Part shown: positions 1-9,022 of the stretch, piece by piece
Numbering within the stretch: the stretch's first letter is position 1
Layout of the letters: each line of letters opens with the position of its first letter
From: Burkholderiales bacterium
GTDB lineage: Bacteria > Pseudomonadota > Gammaproteobacteria > Burkholderiales > WYBJ01
Length of the DNA: 64,000 nucleotides
Reading direction: 5' to 3'
NCBI GenBank assembly: GCA_022841915.1
Contig: JALHQN010000010.1
Location: 101,426-165,425, forward strand
Program-made: the position numbers and the translations under genes
The notes under the pieces: model-generated
Database searches by the model: none
Told to the model about the DNA's origin: nothing
What the model saw: only the letters and a program-made list of their open reading frames with translations

Positions 1-1
1 G

Positions 2-580
2 CTCGGGGAGATTCGCGACAAGTTTTCGGCCGACGTGGCGATCCAGGCCGCCCTCACCGGCCACAAGGTGCTGACGACCTTCCACACCGAGGACAGCATC
101 GGTGGTCTGCTGCGTCTGCTCAACATGAACATCGAGGCGTTCCTGATCTCGTCGACCGTCGTGTCGGTCGTCGCGCAACGGCTGCTGCGCAAGGTGTGTC
201 CCGAATGCGCCGCACCGCACACGCCATCCCCTGTCGAGCTGCGTCGTTTGGGGTATACGCCCGCCGATGTCGCCGGCGCAACGTTTCGGGCCGGCAACGG
301 CTGCCCGCACTGCCGCTTCACCGGCTACCGCGGCCGCGTTTGCATCTTCGAATTGCTCGTGCTCAACGAGACGGTCAAGGAGGCGATCGTTGCCCGCAAG
401 TCGTCGTACGAGATTCGCCGTCTGAGCACCGAGACCTCCGGGCTCGTGACGCTGCTCGAGGACGGCGTGCACAAGGCCGCACGGGGCATCACCAGCTTGC
501 AGGAAGTCATCCGCGGGTTGCCGCGCGTGTCCAAGCCCCGCGCCCTCGGGCCGATCCGCCGTATCCTGGGAGAGAACTGA
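2..580 (+). CDS. GspE/PulE-family secretion / type IV pilus assembly ATPase, C-terminal part (5' end lies off the left window edge)
   Basis: The reading frame of ORF 35..580 stays open to the window edge. It carries LTGHKVLTTFHT and the tetracysteine CPEC...CPHC motif typical of the GspE/PilB ATPase C-terminus. Confidence 0.85.
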   Translation, partial: LGEIRDKFSADVAIQAALTGHKVLTTFHTEDSIGGLLRLLNMNIEAFLISSTVVSVVAQRLLRKVCPECAAPHTPSPVELRRLGYTPADVAGATFRAGNGCPHCRFTGYRGRVCIFELLVLNETVKEAIVARKSSYEIRRLSTETSGLVTLLEDGVHKAARGITSLQEVIRGLPRVSKPRALGPIRRILGEN

Positions 581-1422
581 TGAACGCTCCGATGAGCTTG
601 ACCGAAGCCGTCGAGCAGCAGCTCGCTTCCGGCTCGGTCCAATTGCCCGTCTACTCCGCCACCGCGACGCGGCTCCAATCGGCGGTGTCGAAGGGCGACG
701 TCACGACCGCGCAGATCGAGGACATCCTCGGCCAGGATCCGGCTCTGGCCGCGCAGGTGCTGCGGGTGGCGAACTCGTCCTTCTACGGCGGGCTCAGCAA
801 GGTCAGCACGATATCGAACGCGGTCATGCGGCTGGGTCAGAAGCAGATCATGAACATCGCCACGCTGACGGCGCAGCGCAGCGCTCACGCGACGACCGAG
901 CCCGCGCTGAAAGCGTTGATGGAGCGGTTGTGGCAGCACGCGGTGGGCTGCGCGATCGGTGCCAAGTGGCTGGCCGAACATGCAGGCTGCAAGGCCGTCG
1001 CGAACGAAGCTTTCCTTGCCGGGCTGATGCACGACGTCGGCGCGCTGCTGGTGATCAGGGTGATCGAATCCCTGCGCTCGGGTGAGAACAGCCGCGTTTC
1101 GCTCACCGGCAACGTCGTCATGGAGGCCATCGACACCCTGCATGCCGCCCTCGGCGCGCGCCTGATCCGACATTGGCAACTGCCCGAAGCGCTCGCGGAA
1201 GTCGCCGCGAACCACCACGCCGATCACCCCGAGGCCGGCGACGTGATCGGCCAGCTCGTGCGGCTTTCGAACGCCACTTGCCGCAAGCTCGGCTACGATC
1301 TCGTGCCCGACGCGAGTATCCGGCTGAGCGTCCTCCCCGAAGTGGAGATGCTCGGGGTGCGGGATGTCACGCTGGCGGAACTGGAGATCGCGATCGAGGA
1401 CGGCATCGCCGCGCTGGCGTGA
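580..1422 (+). CDS. HDOD domain-containing signalling protein
   Basis: In-frame ATG at 580 shares one base with the upstream stop (TGATG). HDOD-like pattern QIEDILGQDPALAAQVLRVANSSFYGG ... WQHAVGCA ... GLMHDVGALLV. The longer track ORF from 196 overlaps the ATPase gene and is rejected. Confidence 0.8.
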   Translation: MNAPMSLTEAVEQQLASGSVQLPVYSATATRLQSAVSKGDVTTAQIEDILGQDPALAAQVLRVANSSFYGGLSKVSTISNAVMRLGQKQIMNIATLTAQRSAHATTEPALKALMERLWQHAVGCAIGAKWLAEHAGCKAVANEAFLAGLMHDVGALLVIRVIESLRSGENSRVSLTGNVVMEAIDTLHAALGARLIRHWQLPEALAEVAANHHADHPEAGDVIGQLVRLSNATCRKLGYDLVPDASIRLSVLPEVEMLGVRDVTLAELEIAIEDGIAALA

Positions 1423-1840
1423 ACGCCGCGGACGTCACGGGGTCGTGCCAGGCTATGCATTCGTGCTCGAGCAGCTTCGGGTCGGAACGCGGGCGCCGTT
1501 TTTGGCGCAGCCTCGCCTTTTCGTCGAGCAATACGATCCGCCGAGCCCGTTTTCTCCGATAGCTGCGAACGGTCTTGCCGGCACAGCGCATTTCCTGTCG
1601 TCGTTCGTGTCTGCCATACCGGCGACGTGATCATGCAGCATGCCCGTACGCGTATGAGCGTGCCGCGTCGCTGCCCGCCCTCGGTCCTCCCGCGTCCCGA
1701 CGCATCCGCGGGACTAAGGGTTGGCTGCCCGACGCGGCCATGACACGGGGCCCCCGTTTTGCGCGCTTGGCGAAGTCGCTCGCTTCCTGCAAGATCGCGC
1801 CCTCAGCGATCGTATCGCTGCGCTACCCAGGAGGAGTTCG

Positions 1841-2818
1841 ATGTCTGTTGCTTCGTTTTTCAGGATCACGTGTATAGCCGCTGGCGCACTCAGCGCCGTT
1901 GCCGCCAGTCATGCGGCCGAGATCGCCTACCCGACCAAGCCGGTACGCTTCATCGTGCCCTATCCGCCCGGAGGTTCGACCGATCCCACGGCACGTGCGT
2001 TCGGAAACTGGATGGCCGAGAAGTTCGGTGCGACCTTCGTCATCGACAATCGCCCCGGCGCGGGATCGACGATCGGCCACGCGCTGGGCGCGAAGGCCGC
2101 CCCAGACGGTTATACGCTGCTCCTCGGTACCTCGGCCGGGCTGGTGGTGCAGCCCGCGCTCGGCGCCAAGCTCAGTTACGACCCGCAGAAGGATTTCACG
2201 CCCATCGGGCTTGGCGTCTACGTCCCCTTCCTGCTGGTCGTGCATCCGAGCGTCGCTGCGAAAACCCCTCAGGAGCTGATCGACCTCGCCAAGGCGCAGC
2301 CCGGCAAGATCAGCTTCGGCTCGCCCGGGACCGGTACACCGAACCACCTCGGGATGGAGTTGATGAAAGCCATGACCGGCGCGGAATTCGTGCACGTCCC
2401 GTACAAGGGAGGCGGGCCGGCCACGGTGGATCTCGTCGCCGGGCGCATACAGGCCATCTTCGGCAGCATTCCCCAGTGGCAGCCCCATCTGGCCGTGGGC
2501 CGTGTGCGTGCGGTGGGAGTGGGCCACCCGACACGGGTGAAATCGATGCCTGAGGTGCCCGCGATCGCCGAGACGCTGCCCGGATTCAACAACACGAGCT
2601 GGTACGGCATCCTGGGGCCCGCAGGCGTGCCCAGTCACGTCGTGAACAAGATCAATGGCGAGATGCGCGCGGCCGTGGCGAACCCCGGCTTCATCAAGCA
2701 GATCGAGACCATCGGCCTGGAGCCTGCGAGCAGCACCCCTCAGGAACTGGGCGAGATGATTCGTACCGAGCTGGCGCGCTGGATAAAGGTCATCAAGAGC
2801 GCCGGCATCAAGATCTGA
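1841..2818 (+). CDS. Bug-family (TctC-like) tripartite tricarboxylate transporter substrate-binding protein
   Basis: ATG 1841 is preceded by AGGAGG. Signal-peptide-like N-terminus, then the Bug signature YPTKPVRFIVPYPPGGSTD. No tctA/tctB gene is adjacent. Confidence 0.9.
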   Translation: MSVASFFRITCIAAGALSAVAASHAAEIAYPTKPVRFIVPYPPGGSTDPTARAFGNWMAEKFGATFVIDNRPGAGSTIGHALGAKAAPDGYTLLLGTSAGLVVQPALGAKLSYDPQKDFTPIGLGVYVPFLLVVHPSVAAKTPQELIDLAKAQPGKISFGSPGTGTPNHLGMELMKAMTGAEFVHVPYKGGGPATVDLVAGRIQAIFGSIPQWQPHLAVGRVRAVGVGHPTRVKSMPEVPAIAETLPGFNNTSWYGILGPAGVPSHVVNKINGEMRAAVANPGFIKQIETIGLEPASSTPQELGEMIRTELARWIKVIKSAGIKI

Positions 2819-2832
2819 CGAAGCGAGTCGAG

Positions 2833-2859
2833 CTCGAACGCGCTGTGAGCGCGTTCGAG
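2833..2859. terminator. Perfect 11-bp stem hairpin between convergent genes (possible bidirectional terminator)
   Basis: ctcgaacgcgc-tgtga-gcgcgttcgag, located 15 nt after the stop at 2818. There is no flanking T-tract, so function is uncertain. Confidence 0.45.
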
Positions 2860-3097
2860 GCGCCAGCGGTCCGGCCTTCTGGCTGCATGGGGACTCCCTG
2901 CGGGCAAGGCGCTGCAAGCATCGGCAGGCCGAAACGCAGACATCGGCCGTCCGAGGCGAGCGCCGGTCGCATGCCGCGGACGAAAGCATGCAACGCGTTC
3001 AGTCGCCGCGAGGGTGCCGTGTCGGCGTTGCCTCACCGAACGGGTTGCTCCCGCGCTCGCCGGCGCTCCTTATGGGACGACGCGAGGGCCCCCTTCG

Positions 3098-4063
3098 CTA
3101 ATTTGCCTTCACGCCCGCCCGGCGGATGATGTCGCCCCACTTGGCGAGTTCGGCCTTGATGTAAGCGGCGAACTGTTCGGCTGTCCGGCCGCTCGGCTCG
3201 ATTGCAAGGCTCACATAGCGCTCGCGCATCTCGGGGCTCGACATGATTTTCTGAATCTCGACGTTCAACCGCTTGACAGTGTCCGCCGGCGTGCCCACGG
3301 GCGCCAGCACACCGTACCAGCCGGCGAGATCGTAGCCGGGAATGGTTTCCGCGATCGCGGGGATGTCCGGCAGCAGCGACGAGCGCTTCGCTGTGGTGAC
3401 CGCCAGCGCCCGCAGGCGCCCGGTCTTGATGTACGGCACGAAGGGCGGCATGTCGGAGAACAGCAGTTGAACCTGGCCGCCGACGAAGTCCGGCATGGCC
3501 GAGCCCACACCCTTGTACGGCACGTGCAGCAGATCGATCTTGCCGAGGAACTTCAGGTACTCCGCAGCCAGGTGCAGCGAACTGCCGGTGCCTGACGATG
3601 CGATGGCAATTTCGCCCGGTCTGGTTCGTGCGAGCGCGACCAGCTCCTTGATGTTGCGCGCCGGCAGCGACGGGTGCGAGGCGAGGACGATGGATGCCGT
3701 CGCGATTTCCGCGACCGGCGTGAAATCCCGCAGGATGTTGAAGGCGAGTTTCGGATACAGCCCGGGGCTGACTCCGATCGAACTGGTGGAGCCGAAGTTC
3801 AAGGTGTAGCCGTCCGGCGCGGCCTTCGCTACCGCTTCGGTGCCGATCGTCCCGCCCGCGCCGGCGCGGTTTTCGACGATGAACTGTGTGCCCAGAGATT
3901 CGGAGAGGCGCTGCGCGTACAGGCGGGCCAGCGTATCGGTCGTGCCGCCGGCCGAAAAGGGGACGATGAAGCGAACCGGTTTGGACGGGTAGGATTGGGC
4001 GGACGCGTGATGGGCGCTCACAAGCAGCATCGCGGCCGCCGCGAAAACGGGAATTGCAGGCAT
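3098..4063 (-). CDS. Bug-family (TctC-like) substrate-binding protein
   Basis: Signal peptide MPAIPVFAAAAMLLVSAHHASA followed by YPSKPVRFIVPFSAGGTTD. Confidence 0.9.
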   Translation of the reverse strand: MPAIPVFAAAAMLLVSAHHASAQSYPSKPVRFIVPFSAGGTTDTLARLYAQRLSESLGTQFIVENRAGAGGTIGTEAVAKAAPDGYTLNFGSTSSIGVSPGLYPKLAFNILRDFTPVAEIATASIVLASHPSLPARNIKELVALARTRPGEIAIASSGTGSSLHLAAEYLKFLGKIDLLHVPYKGVGSAMPDFVGGQVQLLFSDMPPFVPYIKTGRLRALAVTTAKRSSLLPDIPAIAETIPGYDLAGWYGVLAPVGTPADTVKRLNVEIQKIMSSPEMRERYVSLAIEPSGRTAEQFAAYIKAELAKWGDIIRRAGVKAN

Positions 4064-4384
4064 GAGGGGTCCTTTCGCGGGAGCGTGACTCGAACGGTTG
4101 GCAACTAAACGTGCGTCCTGGCGCGCGGCTGTCCTTGCAGGACGTCAGGGCGAACGCACCGGAGCGACATTGTGGGCTCGCGCGGATCGGCAGACAACCG
4201 ATGCGCGGAATTGGGGCGGCACGCACCGACCTGGCACACGAAGCGCGAATCGACCTCAATCCGTTTAACATCGGAAGAGAGTTGGTTTGCGTGTATGCGC
4301 CACTGCTCGATACGATGCATGTTCCGCGCGCCCAGACAATGGGGTGCGCGATTTCCCGAATATCACTCCCGGAGGTCACTCGTC

Positions 4385-5272
4385 ATGCAACCGGCCAGCT
4401 ACGGTCCCTTTCCCTACGTGCCGATCAACCGCCGCCCCGCGTGGAAGTGGCCCAACGGTGCGCGTCTTGCTCTGTGGGTGATCCCCAACCTCGAGTTCTT
4501 TCACTTGAACACGCCGCTTTCTGGGCATCCGTGGGAGAAATCTTCCGAATACAAGGCACCGACCGTGCGTGCCTGGGGGCAGCGCGACTACGGCAACCGC
4601 ATCGGCGTGTTCCGCGTGATGGACGTCTTGAACAAGTACGGCATCCGGGCGACGGCGACGACCAATGCCGACATCTGCGATTTCCATCCGGAGATCATCG
4701 AGGACGCGGTGAAGCTCGGCTGGGAGTTCATGGGTCACAACAAGACCAACTCGACCCGGCTGACCGCGGTGCCGCCCGAAGAGGAGCGCGCCTTGATCCG
4801 CTATTGCCTCGACAAGCTGCAGCAGGCGACCGGGAAGCGGCCGGTCGGCTGGCTCGGCTCGGGACTGGCGGAAACCTGGAACACGCTCGATCACCTCGTC
4901 GACGAAGGCTGCCTCTACGTCTCGGATTGGGTGAACGACGACCAGCCCTACCGGATGAAGGTCGATGCCGGCGAGATGGTCTACTTGCCCTATTCCTACG
5001 AAGTCAACGATTCCAATCAGATCAACTACCGCCTGGGCTCGAGCGACGACTTCGAAACCATGATCAAGCGCACCTTCGATGTGCTGTATCGCGAAGGGGC
5101 CCAGTCGGCGCGGGTGATGGCGATCTGCCTGCATCCGTTTCTGATCGGCGTGCCGCATCGCATCGGCGGCCTGGATGCCGCGCTCAAGTACATCTGTGAG
5201 CACGAGGGCGTGTGGTTGGCGACCGGCGAGGAAATCGCCCGCGCGTATCTGGAAGCCAATGTTTCGGTCTGA
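4385..5272 (+). CDS. Polysaccharide deacetylase-fold hydrolase (PuuE/allantoinase-like)
   Basis: ATG 4385 is preceded by GGAGG. Motifs include RDYGNRIGVFRVMDVLNKYGIRAT and WEFMGHN. The upstream part of track ORF 4172.. has no support. Confidence 0.75.
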   Translation: MQPASYGPFPYVPINRRPAWKWPNGARLALWVIPNLEFFHLNTPLSGHPWEKSSEYKAPTVRAWGQRDYGNRIGVFRVMDVLNKYGIRATATTNADICDFHPEIIEDAVKLGWEFMGHNKTNSTRLTAVPPEEERALIRYCLDKLQQATGKRPVGWLGSGLAETWNTLDHLVDEGCLYVSDWVNDDQPYRMKVDAGEMVYLPYSYEVNDSNQINYRLGSSDDFETMIKRTFDVLYREGAQSARVMAICLHPFLIGVPHRIGGLDAALKYICEHEGVWLATGEEIARAYLEANVSV

Positions 5273-5281
5273 GGAGTCGCA

Positions 5282-6256
5282 ATGAAACGCTCGATTTCGT
5301 TCCCCACCGCCCTGGCGCTGGTTTGCTGCGCCAGCATCACGGCGCAGGCCGCGTCGAATTTCCCGAATCGACCCATCCGCATGATCGTTGCATTCGCGCC
5401 GGGCGGCGGCACCGACATCATCGGGCGCATTGCCGCGCAAGGCATCACCAGCCATCTCGGGCAACAGGTGGTCGTGGACAACCGACCTGGCGCGGGTGGC
5501 AACATCGGCACCGAGATGGTGGCACGAGCGACGCCCGACGGTCACACGCTGATCACTGCGGGCACCGGTTCCCACGCTATCAACCCGTCCCTGTACGCGA
5601 AGATTCCTTATGACGCGATCAAGGATTTCTCTCCGGTCACACTGGTCGCTTCGACCCCGTACTTGATGGTGGTACATCCGTCGGTGCAGGCAACCACGGT
5701 GAAGGAGTTCATCGCGTTGGCCCGCGCCAAGCCGGATTCGCTCAACATGGCATCGTCCGGCAACGGCGGCATGCCGCATCTTGCGGGCGAGTTGTTCAAG
5801 CTGATGGCTCAGGTGCGCATGACACACGTGCCCTACAAAGGGACGGGCGCGGTCTTCGGCGATCTGATCGCAGGCCAGGTGCAGGTGCTCTTCGGCGACA
5901 TCGTCGCCACTTCGCCGCATGTGAAATCCGGCAGGCTGCGCGCACTCGGCATCACTTCGCCGAAGCGCTCGGCCAATCTGCCGGAGTTTCCGACCATCGC
6001 CGAAACCGGGGTGCCGGGCTATGATGCCGTCGGATGGTTCGGTGTGTTCGCGCCGGCAGGAACACCTCGGCCGGTCGTCGATGCCTTGCAGCAAGCGATC
6101 GCGAAGTACGTCAATCAGCCCGACGTGCGGGCGCGATTGAGTGCCCTCGGCGCCGATGTCGTCGCCAACACGCCGGAACAATTCGGCGCCATCCAGCGCA
6201 CGGACCTCGAGCGCTGGGCGAAAGTGGTGAAGGCGGCAGGGGTCCGTATCGACTGA
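5282..6256 (+). CDS. Bug-family (TctC-like) substrate-binding protein
   Basis: Signal peptide then FPNRPIRMIVAFAPGGGTD. It starts 10 nt downstream of the deacetylase-fold gene. Confidence 0.9.
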   Translation: MKRSISFPTALALVCCASITAQAASNFPNRPIRMIVAFAPGGGTDIIGRIAAQGITSHLGQQVVVDNRPGAGGNIGTEMVARATPDGHTLITAGTGSHAINPSLYAKIPYDAIKDFSPVTLVASTPYLMVVHPSVQATTVKEFIALARAKPDSLNMASSGNGGMPHLAGELFKLMAQVRMTHVPYKGTGAVFGDLIAGQVQVLFGDIVATSPHVKSGRLRALGITSPKRSANLPEFPTIAETGVPGYDAVGWFGVFAPAGTPRPVVDALQQAIAKYVNQPDVRARLSALGADVVANTPEQFGAIQRTDLERWAKVVKAAGVRID

Positions 6257-6264
6257 GGAAGATC

Positions 6265-7638
6265 ATGACGACGACAGGAACAGGGCGCGACACGAGCGTA
6301 CCGGTCACGCAGGCGTTGGTGCGACGCGCACTCGCGCTCGACTACCGGCAGGCCCCGGCGTGGGTGCGCGAGTTGTCGGTGCAATGCATGCTCGACTGGT
6401 TCGCGGTGACGCTCGCCGGCGCGCGCGATCCGCTGGTGCGGTTGCTGTTGGACGAGGCCCGCGAGGAAGGCGGCAAGCCGGGCGCAAGCGTGATCGGATG
6501 GGACACGCAGGTGACGCGCGCGCAAGCGGCGCTGATCAACGGCACCGCTTCGCATGTGCTCGACTACGACGACGTGAATCTGAACATCAACGGCCATCCT
6601 TCGGCAGTGCTGGTGCCCGCGGTGCTGGCGCTCGGAGAGAGCATCGACGCGAGCGGAGAAGCGGTGCTCGGCGCGTTTCTGGCGGGGTACGAGTTCGCTT
6701 GCCGGGCAGGACGCCTGGTTGCGCCCGGCCACTATCTGCGCGGTTATCACGCGACGTCGACGGTCGGCGGGCTCGGCGCAGCGCTTGCCTGTGCACGCCT
6801 GCTCGGACTCGATGCGGACCGCACCGCGCATGCCGTGGGCATTGCCGCCACGCAGGCGGCAGGCCTGAAGGGCATGTTCGGGACCGAGTGCAAACCGTTC
6901 CATGCCGGCATGGCGGCGCAAAGCGCGGTTCGCGCCGCCGCCCTCGCGGCGCGCGGCATGGGCAGCCGTGCGGATGCCCTCGAGTGCCGCCAGGGATTCG
7001 CCGCGGTGATGAGCCCGGACTTCTCGCCGGAGGCCGCGCTGGGCAGTCCCGACACCTTCTACATCGGCGAGAACCTGTTCAAGTATCACGCGGCCTGCTA
7101 CGGAACGCACTCGGCGATCGAATGTGCGCGCAGCCTCGCGCAGGCGCATCGTCTGGCGCCCGAAGCCATCGAGCAGGTGACTGTCCGTGTCGAGCGCGGC
7201 GCGGACGCCGTATGCAACATCGCCGAACCGCGCACCGGGCTGGAGGCCAAGTTCAGCCTGCGCTTCACGACCGCGATGGCCCTGGCCGGTCGGGACACCT
7301 CCGATCTCGGCGTCTACAACGAGCAGACCGCCGCCGATCCCGTGCTGGTCGCGCTGCGCGACAAGGTGACGGTGCAACTGGTGTCCGACTGGCCTGCGAT
7401 GCAGGCCGGCGTCCAGGTGCGGTTGCGCGACGGCCAGCAGATCGAGACCGAGTGCGATGCCGGCATTCCGAACGCGGATCGTGCCGATCAGGGTCGCCGA
7501 TTGCATGAAAAGTTCTCGCGCCTCGTCGAGCCAGCGCTGGGTAAGGCAAGCGCGAAGGAACTCGAACAGTGTCTGGATCGCTTCGGCGAGATGCCTGTAC
7601 GGGCCATCATGCATGCGGCAAGAGGAAGCGGGTCATGA
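6265..7638 (+). CDS. MmgE/PrpD-family protein (paralog 1)
   Basis: ATG 6265 follows GAGGAA. It has the family-typical N-terminus (LDWFAVTLAGARDP) and central GYHATSTVG / FHAGMAAQSAV segments. Confidence 0.85.
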   Translation: MTTTGTGRDTSVPVTQALVRRALALDYRQAPAWVRELSVQCMLDWFAVTLAGARDPLVRLLLDEAREEGGKPGASVIGWDTQVTRAQAALINGTASHVLDYDDVNLNINGHPSAVLVPAVLALGESIDASGEAVLGAFLAGYEFACRAGRLVAPGHYLRGYHATSTVGGLGAALACARLLGLDADRTAHAVGIAATQAAGLKGMFGTECKPFHAGMAAQSAVRAAALAARGMGSRADALECRQGFAAVMSPDFSPEAALGSPDTFYIGENLFKYHAACYGTHSAIECARSLAQAHRLAPEAIEQVTVRVERGADAVCNIAEPRTGLEAKFSLRFTTAMALAGRDTSDLGVYNEQTAADPVLVALRDKVTVQLVSDWPAMQAGVQVRLRDGQQIETECDAGIPNADRADQGRRLHEKFSRLVEPALGKASAKELEQCLDRFGEMPVRAIMHAARGSGS

Positions 7639-9020
7639 CAGCGACGAGTGAACGACAGGCGGTCGAGCAGGGGCTGCGCACGCTGCTCGACTGGGCCGCC
7701 CGCGTGCGGGCGGCGGATATTCCGCCGGCGGTGATGCGCAAGGCGGTGTTGATCGTCGCCGACGACATCGCCGCTGCGGTCGCCGCGCGCGACGAGCCCG
7801 AGGTGAGCGCCGTGCATCGCCAGCTCATCGACGCGGGCGGTCGCGCCGAGGCGACGGTGTTTCGAGGCGGGCGGCCGCGCACCGATCGCATCTCCGCCGC
7901 GCTCGGCAACGGCATCGCCGGCAGCTGGTGCGAACTCGACGAGGGCTATCGCATGGCGCCTTGCCACGCCGGGCTCTATACCGTGCCCGCGCTGCTGGCC
8001 GAGGCCGAGGTGCAGGGGCTGTCGGTGCGCGAGGTGCTTGCGAGCGCCGTGGTGGCTTACGAAGTGACTGCGCGGATCGCCCGCTGTTGGGTGTTTCCGT
8101 CGCTCGGTTTGCATCCGCATCCGCAGACAGCCGCCGTCGGCGGCGCGATCGCCAGTGCACGTGCGCGCGGTTTCGATGCGCGCCGCATGCTCGATGCGGT
8201 GAGTGCCGCGTCGACGCTGATCACGGTGGGCGATTATCAGCATGCCGTGGAAGGCGCACTCGTGCGCAATGTCTGGGCGGCTGTCGGGACGGCCAACGGC
8301 ATGCGTGCCGCCGACTGGGCCCTGTGCGGCATCGGTGGCATGGCGTCGAGCCCGTACACGGTCTATACCGAACGTCTCGGACAGGCGCCCGAGCCGGCGG
8401 CGCTGACGAGCCTGCTTGGCGAGGAATGGGCGATCACGCTCGGCTATCACAAGATGCATGGCTGCTGTCAGTCGACCCACTCTGCGGTGGAGGCGACGCT
8501 CAAGGCGCGCGCTGCCTTTCCTCCCGGCAAGACGGCCGCCGATGTGCGCCGGGTGGTCCTCGACACGCATCGTCCCGGCATGACCAACCCGCGACCCGAA
8601 ACCACGCTGGCCGCACGTTTTTCGTTCGAGCACGTGGTGGCGACGGCATTGGTGCATGAGCATGCGCGCGTCGAGGCTTTTTCAGCGGGCACGTTGAACG
8701 ATCCGCAGATGCAGCGGTTGCGCGAGTCGGTCGAACTGCGTCGGTTCGAACCGGCGTTGCCCCGCCCCAACGACAGGCCGGCGCGCATCGCCATCGAGTT
8801 GGCGGACGGCGCCACCGTGACCGCGGAGTGTCTGAGCGCGCCCGGCGGTCCGGATCAGCCGTTCGACGAGCGAGTGATCCTCGACAAGATCGGCAGCCTC
8901 ACCGCTGCGCCGTATCCGGCCTTCGGGCGAACGGTGGAGAAGGTGCTCGGGCTGGATGCCGAGCAGCTCGATGGTCCCTGGGAGACTCTGCTGACTAGCC
9001 TGACCGCCGAGGCGGGCTAG
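7635..9020 (+). CDS. MmgE/PrpD-family protein (paralog 2)
   Basis: ATG 7635 overlaps the upstream TGA (ATGA). Same-family segments are present (LLDWAARVRAADIPP, HKMHGCCQSTHSAVEA). Confidence 0.85.
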   Translation: MTATSERQAVEQGLRTLLDWAARVRAADIPPAVMRKAVLIVADDIAAAVAARDEPEVSAVHRQLIDAGGRAEATVFRGGRPRTDRISAALGNGIAGSWCELDEGYRMAPCHAGLYTVPALLAEAEVQGLSVREVLASAVVAYEVTARIARCWVFPSLGLHPHPQTAAVGGAIASARARGFDARRMLDAVSAASTLITVGDYQHAVEGALVRNVWAAVGTANGMRAADWALCGIGGMASSPYTVYTERLGQAPEPAALTSLLGEEWAITLGYHKMHGCCQSTHSAVEATLKARAAFPPGKTAADVRRVVLDTHRPGMTNPRPETTLAARFSFEHVVATALVHEHARVEAFSAGTLNDPQMQRLRESVELRRFEPALPRPNDRPARIAIELADGATVTAECLSAPGGPDQPFDERVILDKIGSLTAAPYPAFGRTVEKVLGLDAEQLDGPWETLLTSLTAEAG

Positions 9021-9022
9021 CC

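Noticed and set aside
1367-1641. Two small minus-strand ORFs in the 419-nt gap after the HDOD gene. One is highly basic (KTVRSYRRKRARRIVLLDEKARLRQKRRPRS).
   Set aside because: There is no recognisable family and no clear ribosome-binding site. One ORF runs into the HDOD coding region. GC3 bias alone cannot discriminate in this genome. Conservation or ribosome-profiling data would be needed.
4376-6181. 601-aa minus-strand ORF. Similar very long ORFs occur at 22025..23884 (619 aa), 28467..30524 (685 aa), 6115..7614, 35679..37250, 7488..8663 and 15562..16389.
   Set aside because: These are Arg/Gly/Pro/Ala-rich shadow ORFs lying antisense to, or out of frame with, genes that have clear family motifs. 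Such ORFs are expected in GC-rich DNA where stop codons are rare. None shows a recognisable motif.
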